From Sphaerodactylus townsendi (lineage: Eukaryota): DNA of 64,000 bases. The DNA lies in the NCBI RefSeq assembly GCF_021028975.2, contig NC_059425.1:38688001-38752000 (forward strand), read 5' to 3'. The notes below the pieces were generated by a model that ran no database searches, had not been told where the DNA came from, and saw only the letters and a list, made by a program, of their open reading frames with translations. Of the stretch, positions 12,829 through 26,600 are shown piece by piece; the first letter of the stretch is position 1, and the number at the start of each line of letters is the position of its first letter. The translations under genes were made by a program, and so were the position numbers.

Positions 12829-12995
12829 AGAAAAAGTGAGTGTAGAGGGGTGAGTTGCAGGAAATGAGAGAGATGGTGTCTACGAGCCCAGGTGTTCTAG
12901 GGGATTGTTACAGGCGTGAGGAGCAGCAAGGACCAAGGGTCAGAGTTGTTTTGGAGGAAAATGAGTTCTTCAGACAGCTGAGGATATTGGAGCTG

Positions 12996-13510
12996 GAGGC
13001 AAAGCAATTCCCTGGACCACAGGATGCTAAAGAAGGGAAAAGTCCTAGAGCTGATGTTCACTCTCCTTTCCCTTTCCTTCCCTTTCCTTCCCTTTCCTTC
13101 CCTTCCCTTCCCTTCCCCTCCACACACATACACACACTTGCTGCTTCTCCTGCTGCTGCTGGAGGACAGAGAGCCTTGTTATTTCGGAGCACTCTCAGTT
13201 ATTATATCAATATCTCAATATATCAATATGAGAATTAGAGGTTGGTGTGTTTTGGCTAAGCCCATGTGGGTGAGCTTTTCTGTGACTTGGAAAGGGGCGT
13301 GGGAGGGGGGAGGGCATGGATTGCAAGCGCGAGGGAGCGGAAGGCTGACCGGTGGGCAGGATATCCCATGCAGAGCTGTGTTGATCGGGACAGATCTCTC
13401 CCATTCTGGCAGCGATGCAAATTAAAATAACGTTAGAAGTGGTCTCGCTTGCCAAGGAGAGATTGGAAAGTGAAATTGGAGCTTGAGGAAATACGACCAT
13501 ATAAGAAATC
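12996..13510 (+). repeat. Unclassified ~0.5-kb dispersed repeat; also at 57584-58061 and about 63650-64000
   Basis: Direct sequence similarity between the three sites; this copy contains an expanded (CCCTT)n tract at about 13066-13118. Confidence 0.85.
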
Positions 13511-13789
13511 TTGCTGCAATGGACATTCGCCCCCATTGTGCAGCAGCAGCAGTGTAGCGCCCAGGGGGCGTGGTGGCACCTTGCCCCGGGTGCTCGCCTG
13601 TGTGGGGCCGTGGTGGGGGTGGGGCATTCCAGGGTGTTCCGGGCCGCGGGGCAGCGGGGTATAGGACAAGGGCACACACGCGTCTCCGGCACAGTTCCCC
13701 TCGCCACGGGTTTCTTTGAAATGTGGTGACCAGAAGGTGACTCAGAATCTGAACATAGTAATTCCCAAATGCGCGGTCGCATTCACTTC

Positions 13790-15052
13790 TTTATATAAGG
13801 GCACATGACAATCTTTGCAGCTCTTTATTACCATTCGCATTCCTTTCCTAATTATCTCCCATACAGAGCTCTGCCTTTTTTCACAGCTGCCATGCATTGA
13901 GTTGACATTCCCATGGAACTACTCAACTAAGACGCTAAAATCCCTTTCCTGGTCTGTGACTGATAGCACTGGCACTCCCCTGTAGTGTGTATGTGAAGTT
14001 TGGATTTTTTGCTCCTATGTGCATCACTTTACATTTTGCTGCATTGAACTGCATTTGCCATTTCTTAGCTCACTCATCCAGGGGATGGGGCGGTTTATAA
14101 ATCGAAACAATAAATAAAATAAACAAATAATTTATCAAGGTCCACTTGGAGCTCTTCGCAATCCTTTGTGATTCTCACCACCCTGCATAATTTGATATCA
14201 TCCGCAAACTTGGCCACCACCCTACCCACCCCCCTACTTCCAGGTCATTTATGAATAGGTTAAAGAGCTGTAATTGGTCCCAATACGGATCCTTGGGGGA
14301 CACCACTCCCTACATCTCTCCATGGTGAGAACTTCCCATTTACACCCACCCTTTGCTTCCTGTTTCTCAACCAGTTTTTAGTCCATAGGAGGACTTCCCG
14401 TCTTATTTCTTGACTGCTGAGTTTTTTCAATAGTCTCTGGTGAGGAACTTTGTCAAAAGCCTTTTGGAAATCCAAGTAGACAATGTCCACTGGTTCCCTC
14501 TGCTATCCACATGCCTGTTTACACCCCCCTTCAAAGAACTCTCAGTAAGTTTGTAAGAGACAGGACTTGCTCTCTGCAAAAAAGCCATGCTGACTTCCAC
14601 AGCAGGTCTTGCTTTTCTACCTGTTTAATAATTTTATCTTTAATGATAGATTCTACTAATTTACCAGGAACAGATGTCAAACTGACTAGCCTGTAATTTC
14701 CTGGGTGCCCCTAGATCCTTTCTTAAAGATTGGTGTGACATTGGCCATCTTCCAGTCTTCAGGGATGGAGCCTGATTTCAGGGATAAGTTGCATATTAAA
14801 GTGAGAACATCAGCAATTTCATGCTTGAGCTCTGTAAGAACTCTTGGGTGAATGCAGTCTGGGCCAGGGGATTTGGTAGCATTTAGTTTATCAATGGCTG
14901 CCAGAACTTCTTCCTTGTCTCCCCCTATCTTTGCTAGTTCCTCCGATTCACCTCCTAAGAAGCTTGTTCAGGTGCAGGGATTTTCCTCACCTCCTCTTGG
15001 GGTGAAGACAGATGCAAAGAATTCATTCAGCTTCTCTGCAATCTCACTGTCA
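13790..15052 (-). mobile_element. CR1 LINE ORF2 (reverse transcriptase) fragment
   Basis: DIVYLDFQKAFDKVPHQRLL...SGVPQGSVLGP; interrupted by a short L2-type tail at about 14080-14128. Confidence 0.88.
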
Positions 15053-16812
15053 TTTTTTATTTATTTATTTATTTATTTATTTATTTTTTCGATTTATTAT
15101 AAATTTCCATCCCTCGGTGAGGGCTCTTGGGCGTGCATAACATACAATGCACGTGATACAAAATAAAGATGCACGATACAAATAAAATAACTAAAACCAT
15201 TAAAAGCAGCAGTAAAATAACTGGTATAGAGATTAAGACTAACATGCAATGGCGTCCAACAGATCCATTCCCAAACCCTCTTTCGGGGAAAGTCAGCAAA
15301 ACCCCAGATGGCAGAGCGCACAGATGTAAAGCGCCAACGGGGTACCACCTATCAACGCTGATCCTCCAAAAGCCCGCCAGCGGAACAACTCCGCTTTTAC
15401 AGGCCTCTGCAGAATCTAGTGTAAGTAAGGTCCCGTTAGGGTTCCGGACGGCTGGTGGAAGGGTGTTCCACTTTGCGGCTGGGCCAGGGCTGCAAAAGCC
15501 TCTGGCCCGTGGAGGCTAGCCAGATTTCACCGGAGGCCAGGGACCACTTTCAGTAGCATTGGCCTCCTCAGAGAACGGCGAGGCCTTATGGCAGGGACAT
15601 ATGGGGCTATGGGTCCCCGAAGATAATCGGCATGTCCCAGGTCACGTGAAGGCCTTTGGGAAGGTCAGCACCAACACCTTTGAAGATGATTCGAATCCCT
15701 ACTGGGAGCCAATGAAAGCTGGCGAAAGCACAGGCTGGATATGATCCCAGGTGGCGCTGTTCGTGGGCAGATCGCCAAGAGCTGCATTTTGGACCAGTTT
15801 TTAACCCTCCTCAATCAGACGCGAAGGGGAGGCCCGCCAGAAAGCGAAGTTAAGCAAAAGTCTATAGTCTGGAGATGACCGCTAATGGATCAATACTGTG
15901 GCCAGATCGGGTCTGGGAGAGGAAGTAGCCGGTACCTGGCCTGATCGAGGTGTGTGGGAAAGCAACCTCGGTTATATAAGGGCCACCTGGGTTCCTTATT
16001 GATAGAGACGTAATCCAGGTGGGACCCCCCAGGTTGGCGTGAGCATGGAGGGTCGGTCAAAGCCAATGTGGCCCCTCCCACACTGGCGGCTGAAACATCC
16101 CTCTCCCCCTCACCTACTCCAGCCAGCAGGATCTCCGCATTTTCGATGGATTCAATTTTAACTCTACTCTGTCGCGAACTTTCAACCAGCTAATCGCCGC
16201 CTCCAAAACAATGCTGTAGAGCTGCAGGGGCGGTGGCTGTTCCCCCCTCCATCAACAGAATGAGCTGAGTGTCATCCGGGTGATACTGATGACAGGTGAC
16301 AGCCCAAAAACTCCGCACCAGCTGAGCAAGGGGTCGACAGATGTAGATGTTAAACAACAGCGGGATATTAATGCCCCCTGGGGTACAACCGCAATTGCCC
16401 GGCACTTCCGGGAGGCTCCTCATCCCCGCAAGACCTCACTTGTTGATCTCGTCTCCGGACCTCCGGAGAAAACGCAGGCAAATCCATTGAAGGACAGTGC
16501 CCCGCACTCCGGAGGCAGCCAGGCGGTGGGTCAAAAGGTCATGGTCGACCACATCAAACGCTGCAGTAAGATCTAACAATACCAGCAGCGCCGATCCGCC
16601 TTGGTCAAGCTGCAGCATGCGGAGTGCGTATCTGTGACGGCGCATTTGGCAGAACAGTCTCTCGGCCCCATGCCCAGCACGGAAGCCGGACTGGAAGGGA
16701 TCAAAAGCCGATGTGTCATCCAGGAAACCTTGGAGCTGCTCCAGCACCACTCTCTCAATTACCTTCCCCAGAAACGAAAGATTCGAAACGGGTCGGTAAT
16801 TGGCCAGATCCC
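15053..16812 (-). mobile_element. L2 LINE 3' portion
   Basis: DPFQSGFRAGHG...LLDLTAAFDVVDH; (TAAA)n tail at about 15055-15085. Confidence 0.82.
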
Positions 16813-16919
16813 ATTACATCAAGTGAACCTGCTTGCTTTAATATATCACTTCCATTGTCTTTCACTCTTCAATAGGTGGTTTGTTCAACATCACTTTTTT
16901 CTTTATTTGCAGAGAAAAA

Positions 16920-17129
16920 ATGAACTGGCGGGTGATGCTGACAGTGGAGAATGTGGCTTATTTGCATCGAGCTTGCAAACAGCTTCATTCTCTGTCTTAT
17001 GGAAAAGTTCACAGAACACAATGGAAGCCTGTACTATCATCTGCCTACCCCATGTGCCCGGTTCAGCTGCACCCGCGTCTCTGGCAGCCAGACACCAGTC
17101 CACAAGCCAGGCTTTTAACTACCAAGGAG
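16920..17129 (+). CDS. MTIF2: MTIF2 coding exon 1 (mitochondrial presequence; exon starts 16913)
   Basis: ttgcag acceptor, ATG at 16920, [11 protein letters not shown]...QLHSL...SSAYP...RLLTTKE resembles the human N-terminus; gtaatt donor. Confidence 0.88.
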
Positions 17130-20100
17130 GTAATTAACTACTTTATTCTTGTTCCTAAGATCTCCTGTCATGCACATCTAGCGTGTGAAATGAAAGCCAG
17201 CCTTGTTTGTAAGGGATTTTTAGTTAATATGTTGAACAGGGATTAAGTGGGGCAGGGAAGAATGTTATACTCTTTTCACTGTAGTATTCTTTTCACTGTT
17301 GTAGAGAAAGAAGTCTGCAAAGAAGAAACCTCAACAGATAAAACCAAAAGAGGAGAAGCAGGAGGTTGAGATAATGAATGAGATGACTGTGGCAGCCCTT
17401 GCAAAAGCCATGCATAAAGACATAGGTGAGCCTGGTTCTTTGTGCAAATAACAAATTGTATTTTTGCAGGACACCATCTGCTGGTCTTTCTCCCAGTGCT
17501 TCCTGCTTGAAGTCTTAGGGTTGTGTGACCCAGTTACGCGAGTTTGATTGCAGAGCCTCTGGACTGTCTGGGCGTAGTCTTCTGCTTTTGTCTGGTCAGG
17601 CTCCCACTCCCTCTGGAATGGCTGGGAATTATTTTAAATCAGCCAGATTAATAGACCTAGAGGGAATGCCTCCTTCAAATTAGAAAAAAATTGGTTACCA
17701 GTTGAATTCCGGATCATCTTCAAGGTGTGAGTGTTGACCTTTAAGGCCTTACACGGCCTTTGGAACCGCATTACTCCATATGTCCCTACTCGGCCTCTGC
17801 GTTCGGCAGAGGCCAATTTGCTGGAGGTCCCTGGCTCCTCAATGATGCGACTGGCCTCCACTCGGGCCAGGGCCTTTACGGCTCTGGCCCTGGCCTGGTG
17901 GAACACTCTCCAGCTTTCCTGGCCCTGTGGGATCTGGGGGAATTCCACAGGGCCTGTAAGACCGAGTTGTTCCACTGGGCCTTTGGAGAGACCAGTCGCT
18001 GAATGGTGCCTCCTTCTGTTCTCCTGTTTGAGGGTCCCTTGACATCTTTGGGACCCACTGTGCCCCCACCTCCTTGTTAGGAGGATTTTTAGGTAGGGTT
18101 TTGCGGAGCGCTGTTTTTATGTACTAATCACTGTTTTAAATTAGCTAAATTAAATCTATGGGGCTTAATTTATTAGCTTATACTGTTTTAGTTAATGTTA
18201 GGTATTCATTGGTTGTTGTTTAATTGCCCCTTTTGTTATTGTACTGTATGATGACTATGTTGCATGCTGCCCAGAGCCCCTTGGGGATGGGGCAGTATAC
18301 TAAAATTGAACAAATAAATAAAAATAAATAAAAGTTAGCACCAAGTCTAAAGGGATTGTGGCATGGTTAACAACTCAAGTCAAGGAAACCATAAAAGGCA
18401 AAGAGGTTTGGATAGATCATTTTGCGAAGCTGTTCCAAAAGGAAGAGACCAGTAACATTTATCACCCATTTCCATCATTAGATGACTCCAAATGGCCTCC
18501 TGTTACAACTCAGGAAATCATGGATCTAATAACTGAATTGAAACCCCGTAAAGCCTCTGGCCCAGATATAATTTCCCCAGAGATACTGAAGTCGCATATA
18601 GAGTGGTGGGCACCCCTTTTGGCCAATCTATTCACCCAAATCAATGACTCAGGCCTCATTCCTAAGCCTTGGCTATCTGCAATCATTGTACCTATTTATA
18701 AAAAAGGTGACCCATCGGATCCCAAGCCAACTTCCGCCAAATCAGTTTGACATCAGTCCTTGGGAAAATATATGCTAAGACACTTCTACCCAAACTACAG
18801 GCCTGGACGATTCATCAGAACATCATTGGCCCAGAGCAAATAGGGCTTCCAATGAGGGGGAAATCCATCGCTAGACTTGACATGCTATGCTTCTTATGCA
18901 TTTGGTTAATAAATACTCCAAAAAAGTCCAAGAAGCAAACTTTATGCTGCCTTCATTGATTTGAAGGCAGCTTTTGACACATACAGTCTCTAGAGAACGC
19001 TCTTTGGAAATGTAAACTTGGCTATACAAGGAATAGACAATAAACTTCTTTTTCTAATCAGGCAACTTTATACCAAACACAAACTGCAGAGTTAAGTGCT
19101 CACGTGGAAGGTCTCATGACTGATTCTCTATTTCTACCTTTTAGAAGGTGTGAGGCAAGGCTGTGTGTTAGCACTTCAACTCCTTTTCAATTTATTTTGA
19201 GTGACTCTTCCATCAGCCTTATTGGAAATTAATAACCATGCCCCTAAATTAGGCTCAAGGTATATTCCAATACTTCTATATGCTGATGATACCTATCCTT
19301 TCTATCTCGGGCAAAAGTTGGACTTAGTCGACTGCTGAATAGATGTGGCAGTAACTCGTACAGATAACGGACTAGTCATCAATTATCAAAAGACCAAGAT
19401 TTTGATCTTTTAAGCCAAAACAATACAAAAAACATAATCTGGGCGATTAATAAAGTGCCAGTGGAGCAGGTTAATCCAATAACAAATATCTTGGAATTAC
19501 ATTTTCTTATAACCTCTCCTGGTTACCTCTACACAAAAAAGCTGCTACAGCTGCTACCAATTATCAGTTATTCTGCCATTGCACGCTTCTTTATGGAAAG
19601 GGCCACCCCCTTGTCCCAGCAGCACTAAAAAATCTTTAACTCCCAAGTTAGGAAGCTTAGTGCTACTTTTATGGAGTACCTATCTGGCTCCAAGCAGTTG
19701 ATCTAATTTCTTGAATACTCGTCCAATCCAAATTTTTTCCGTAAAAAATTATGGGCCCAAGCCAAATTGTGTAATCGCATATGCCCTCTGTTTTAGAACT
19801 GGGGCCAAAAATTCATTAGTTTATAGGGGGCTTGGTTGAGAGCTTTTAAAGTTTGGCTTCGCCTGTCTGTCTCTGATGATGAGCACTCGCGGATTCACCT
19901 ACGTGTGTCTGATACTCGGGCTAATCCATGGTTCTCTCTGATCGAAAGAAAGATTGAATCACTTGGTATATCTCTCGACCTCGCTTTTCCTGCTATCTAG
20001 TTCAGAATCCTACAACTTGTTAAAACAAAAACATTGTTGGAAAGTTTAATGGATTAATTTCTATTTAGGGCTGCTATGAAAAACTTGTTCACCCTTACAT

Positions 20101-20659
20101 CTTTCAATACCCCTATATCAAAACAGGATGGCTCCCTATTTGTATTACTTTTGACTAATCCAATGCAGAGAAGAGCTCTCCCTACACTTGCTCTCGGGCT
20201 TCAATGTTTTCCCTCCGCCTTTAATTGCCAAGTGGTGCAGGTAGATTGAAGAACTTGGAAATGAGCGAAAGGGTATGCTCTTGTGGTGAACAACAAATTG
20301 GAAACATTGGCACATCAACTGCTTCTGTTGCCCTAAATCTGCCATAATATCAGGATCAAAATATTCCAATATTCTTCTAGGATACTCGTAGTGAAATGGG
20401 AGAATCAGGTAGACTTCCTTTCCTTCTGGACAATTCTGACAATGAAACTTGTGAATTGGTTGCACAATTTTTACTGGAGGTGATGCACAATCAATAATTT
20501 ATATTTTATCCTAAACCTTTGTATTTGTATACCTTTTATCTCAGGTTTTTATTGTGTTATGATTATTGTTATGCCAAATAAAGGCTTAAATAAAAAAAAA
20601 AAGGCAAAGAAGATTTCTTTTAAAAATGGAAGTATTTTCTAATGAGATGTGTAATGATT

Positions 20660-20692
<33 letters not shown>

Positions 20693-23600
20693 CAGAGACT
20701 TCAAACTGAGAGTTTAGTTGGAGAGAGAAAGGGGGTGAAAGGGGGATTAGAGAGCGATCTGATTGGTTGGTTCTAGAGTGTACATGTGAGAGGGCTGTGC
20801 TGGATTGGCAGAAGGTGTCAGAGAGAAAGGAGAAGGTGATATGAATGAAAGGACTGGGAGTGTCAAAACTGTAGTCAGAGAGAGTTAAATCAATGTGTGA
20901 GCATGGCAGAATGTGTTATGGCTTCTGAGTGAAAAGACCCTGTGCTAAGAGAATTAGTCAGTGTGTCAGAGGGTATACAGAGAAAGTCAGAACTTCAATA
21001 AACTGTTAGACAAAATAAAGATAGAGAATCTGAGAACCTTTCCGCACAGCAAATTTAGACCGGGTTGCAGCCAGGATAAATGAGCCCAGCATAGCTCCAG
21101 GCCATTCGCATGGCTGGCTGTCTACTCAGGTCAGATTCCTGTGCACACTTACTTGGGATTGACCTCAGTAAGATTTACTGAGTAGACATTCATAGGATTG
21201 TGATGTGTGATACCGACTGATTTGGAGCTTTGTAAGGATGCTTATATCACTCTGTAGGGTAAAGGGACTGGATCATTAATGACCTCATATCATGATGTTT
21301 ACTAGGCAGACTCTGTTTGCAGGGTGGTTTCCCATTGCTTTCCCCAGTTGTCTGTACTTTAGGCCCAGCAAGCTGGGTACTCATTTTACTGACCTTGGAA
21401 GGATGGACGGATGAGTCAACCTTGAGCTGGCTACCTGAATCTGTCTTCCATCGGGATCAAACTCAGATCTTGAGCAGAGCTTTGATTGCAATACTGCAGC
21501 TTAGCAGTCTGAGCTGTGGGCCACCTCGTGTGGGGCTTTTAATTGTTTCACTATTTCCTGCCTTTCCAGTACTACAAAGGCCTGTGAAGGGGGGGGATGT
21601 TGTGTAAGCTGTCTTTCATGCTCTGGAGCATTCCACAGCCATCTGCTTCCAATAAATCTGAGCTGCTTTCATTTGAGAAAAGTTTCAGTAAAAGAGGTTC
21701 ACGCTAAAATTGATCCCAGTTGGGAGCTTTTTAAAAAATGCTTCATTGTAATTCTTTAGCTGGTTATAGTTTAGATTTTCCTTGTATGTATAATATTTGA
21801 ATGTACAATATTTGAAAAGGATAGTCATCATAATAAAAAGCAGTGAAATATGTGACCTGTATGCAAGACTCTGGCAATATAGTAAAAGGCTGAATCCTAT
21901 AGTACCTATAGACCTCATTTGTAACATACATGACATAACATGATAGAGGATGTTTCCATCTTGTGTGTCTTCACCACCTTCAGAGACCTTTTTTTTTTTT
22001 GCCTTTCTAATCAGATCACATATACGAAGCTCTGTTAAACGTGGACATTAATTTAGATGCACTAGAACCAGACTCGGTCTTAAGCGAAATGTGGATCAAG
22101 CACATTATTAAGAAATCTGGCATGAAACCTAAATGGGCCAAGTTAAAAGAGGAAAAAGTAAAAGAAAATAAAGATGCTGCGAGGAGGTAATATCTTTGGT
22201 TCTTGCTCTGTTTGCTTATATAGCTCTTTTTTGTTTCTGTAACATTTTCCTCTCGTCACTTCTTAACCAAAGCATTGAGAGATGTAAAATCTTTTTACTT
22301 CAAAGGGGTTATAGTCTTCCATTTAGCCACACGTTCTTGATTCCTGTAGAAAGGACACATCTGGACTGGACTTTACTAAGCTGTGGCTTGTGGATGACAG
22401 TCACATGCAGAGATTGGTGTTGCTTCACAAAATTAAGGAGCCCATTCAAAAGAGACAGTCAAGGCCAGTTTCTGTGTTTTCAAACCAAATGCATTACCGT
22501 TTGTTTCAGGCCTCCCGCAGATCCGGCTTTATTAACTCCAAAGCCTCCAGTTGTTACCATACTGGGCCATGTTGACCACGGGAAAACAACTCTTCTTGAC
22601 AGCCTGCGAAAAACTCAGGTGGCTGCAATGGAGGCAGGAGGCATCACCCAGCATATTGGTGCTTTTCTAGGTATGATTTATTTGTCTGGAAAAAACCCTT
22701 GTTTAGATTTACTTGGCCAACTGTTGTTTGATGGGGAATGTTGCTTGATGGGGGAAAAATTACTATACTCTGTCTCACAAAAAGACGTTAATAGATCGTA
22801 TATTCCTCCACCACAGAACTCAATATGCCGGACCTTCTTTGTTGTAGAATGCTCCACCTGGTACTAGTACCTACCTAGCCCTGCTCCCCATCTGATTGAA
22901 AGTTTGATGATAGCCATTCAATGAACTATAAATGCTCTTGCATCAAAATACCTTGTTCAGCAATGCACAAAATAATGATTTTGACAAAGGCAGCATGTTA
23001 AAATGAATGATAGTTCTCATGTTCATTTGGGACTGTATTCTAATGTGGAAGAATACAATTTTCTCAACTGCTGTACCTCAACTGGCCAAACTATCACCTT
23101 TATCTGAGATAGAGTATAAGTGCTGAATGTATCTTTACCTGGAGTACACTTGATTTATTATACATTTAAAAGAAAAAGGGAAATAACCCTGAATAAATTG
23201 AATTTAGAATAAGAAATGTTAAGACAATATAAATATATGGGCTCAATAGCTATAGACTCAAAGCATTTGCTTTTAACTTATAGATATTGAGTCTATATAT
23301 TTATACTGTTATACCCTTAGCCTGTTGTTTAGCCCAGATTGGTTTCTAAAGTGGCCCACAGGATTAAACAGATGTTACAAATTAAAATGGAATGCAAATG
23401 TTTCTTGGGGGACATATTGATTTTGATCCAAGGGCAATGAAGGGGAGTCTGGCTGCTTTCTGCCTTCCATTGGTGGTCCTTGGAAGCTGGAGGTGAGTTG
23501 GGCTTTGTTAGATCCAGGGTTGTTGGAGGGATGCCTGTCTGCTTCCTGCCGTCCTTCTGAAAGCCTCAGTGATGACAAGATGAAGTAAGAGGGAGAGGAG

Positions 23601-26600
23601 CTGGATACAAGCATGGTAAAAGGGTTCCTGCTTTTCTGTTACCTCACCATGGTGGTAAGCTAGGAATCAAGATGTCCCTGGTGCCAATCTGATCTCTGCC
23701 ACAAAGTCACTCCGCAATACAGGTACAATGTTGATAATACTTCTTATTTTACAAAATTGATGCTAAGATTACGATCAGATAATATATGTAGCACACTTTT
23801 GGATATTGGCTGAATTAAGGTAGGGAGCCATCTTCTTGGCTAGACTGAGTTGGAAGAAAGCATTTTTTCCCAACTGCGTTTACTGTATCATTGAACCCAG
23901 TATGATCCCAAGGCTTTAACTGAGTCAGTGAGGGTCAACTGAATTCTATCCAAAGTGTGGAGCACAGTGTCCTTTCAGATCTCTGCCTCCCCAGCCAGCA
24001 TTGTCTAGTCAGGATTCAGTTTCTTTCTTTTTTTTTTCATTCTGAGCCACTTAACCATAGTGGACCGGCAGTGATTCAGGCCCTCTAACACATCACCAGG
24101 AGACTTGGATAAGGAGAAACAGTGCCGAATGTCATCAGCCTATTGATGATGTTCCTGCTCTCCTCTTGCATAGAGTGTCACCGAAGGTTTCCTTATATGA
24201 GAAGCCTTCAACAAAACTCTAATTTGCTGTAATATCCGAATTTGAGCACTTAGGCAAATCTGAATTTGTTTCCTCCCCACAAACCTGGATTGAAAATCAT
24301 ATTATAATCCTAGTTTAGATTGTGGGGTAGAAGTAAACTTCAGTTTGCCCATGTGTCTGTATTCAGATGCCATGGCAAATTGAAGTTTGATTGGAAGCCT
24401 CTGGGTTTGGGAAGCTGTTGATCTTGCAGTCTGCAGAAGGTGGACCAAGAATGCATGAATGTGAGAATAAGGTTTGTTCATGCCCATTTTGGAGCAAAGC
24501 TTACTGTGAGATCTGAGTGTGGCCCAAACAAATTCTCATTTGCCTTTACGGTCTCAGTCTAGGCATTTAATAGCTGATGCTGCATCAAATTTCACCGCAA
24601 CGAAGACACATTCTAAGCCTAAGGAAGAAATTTTCAAAGAGATCTTTGAGTGAAAGAGGGCATACAGTAGACATCAACTGCAGCAGTCTTAGCAGATTTC
24701 AGTGTTTAGAAAGTGGACATTTATGTTTAAAAATCAGAATTTATCTTTAGTGACACATTATTACTACTTTTGCAGAAATGGTAATTTATTCAGAATGTTC
24801 CATGAAAGTAGTGTGAGGAGCACTGAATCTGTCCATTACTTTCACAGTGCATTTGCCTTCTGGGGAAAAGATAGCTTTTCTGGATACTCCTGGCCATGCT
24901 GCATTTTCAGCCATGAGAGCAAGAGGTACTCATGTCACTGATATAGTCATATTGGTGGTAGCAGCAGAAGATGGAGTAATGAAGCAGACTGAGGAATCTA
25001 TTCAACATGCTAAAAATGCCAAAGGTACCTCCCATCTGATTTTAAGGATAAGCTCTACTTTGACATACTGTGCATACCCCTGTCTCCCCTCAAGGGCATC
25101 GGTACATTCCGTATTTTTAGGTGCACAAACAAGAGAGAAATTTCTTATAGTAAACTGCCTTGAACCAAGAGGAAAGGCAGGATGCAAATGTTTCCATAAG
25201 TAAATAAATATCAATAAGGTCCATTGAAGATGATTGCGATGTAGCGGTTAACTTATTGGACTCAGATCTGGGAAACCCAGTCTCAAATTGCCACTCACAC
25301 CATGGAAACTGGCTGAGTGACTTTGGGCCAGTCACATGCTTTCATCCTCAACCCTGGTGAATATTTGGATGGGAGAACTCCAGAGGTTGAGGGAGGCACT
25401 GACAGGCTATCCCTGAATGCCTCGTGCCTTGAAAACTCTACGGGGTCAAATAAGTCAGCTGTGACTTAACAGCAAATAAATATCAAATTGCTTTTATTTG
25501 AAGGAATATCTCTGTTGCTGGGGAAAAAAATCTCTCTAACTTTGTTTGGCTCTCACCATTCCTCCTCCCTCCCCTTTTTCATTGCTGTTCTACTCTCAGT
25601 TCCGATTATTGTTGCCATCAACAAGTGTGACAAGCCTGAAGCTGATCCTGACAGAGTGAAGAAAGAGCTGCTGGCTCATGATGTGGTTTGTGAAGACTAC
25701 GGAGGAGATGTTCAGACTATCAACATCTCAGCATTGAAGGTAATGGATTTAGGGCTATCTTCGTATACTTGATTGCTGGAAAAGGAAAAAAGAATCATGG
25801 TGGTACATTAGGCACACTGCATTAAAAGGTGGAATGCAAGTGTTCTGATAAATAAACAGTGCTGTGTTCATGAGGACTGTTTTCGCCGCAAGCTGAAATT
25901 CTGAAATCTCTACAGTGTGAAAATCTGCCTTGAACTAGATGGCACAAAGGGACCAACAAGTGTGAGAATATAAGACGTTTTCAAACTCATCTTGGCTCAT
26001 GATCTAAAACCTGGTTTGATCTTTCCACAGTCTAGTTCCAGATGGGGTTCTACTGTAAGGTGTAACTTTTCATAAATTTTCTTATTTAATTAGTTGTGTT
26101 GATATACTGCCTCTCCAGAGGTCTATGTGAGGCTACTCACAAGATAAAAGTAACGGAAAATCATTTTAAGAGCGCAAGAAATTATGAATAATTAGGCCAG
26201 CCAAGAGAGGAAAAACATTCAGCTGCCAAAATGTTTGTAAGATAGTTCTCAGGCTAGAAGCAGACCATAAAAACAGCATTAGAAGATGGAACCCTACAAT
26301 AACATGGACAAAAAGAAAGGTTTTGGCCTGCAGGTGAAAGGTAAGTAAGGTAAGTATCGGCAAGCCTCAAGGAGATGCCATTCCAAAGAGCAGGCAATAC
26401 CCCTAGAGAGCCTTGTCTTGGGTTGCCTCCTGCCTCACTTCTGCAGGCAGGGGCACCAAGAGCAGATCTGAAGGGTAGGATGGACTCAGACATGAGGAGT
26501 GCAAGTGTGTTTGTGATTGTTGCTGTACAGGAGCAAATCCTCCAACTGATGCACTGATCAAAACAAGTTTTAGTTGGGTTCATTGGAAAGAGCTAGTTTG

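Noticed and set aside
20650-21030. Possible solo LTR (TGT start, CCAAT boxes, AATAAA)
   Set aside because: No terminal CA with TSD identified; insufficient support
22196-22867. 223-aa ORF, and similar long ORFs overlapping MTIF2/CLHC1 exons, as standalone genes
   Set aside because: Only the internal exon portions are coding; the flanks are intronic read-through
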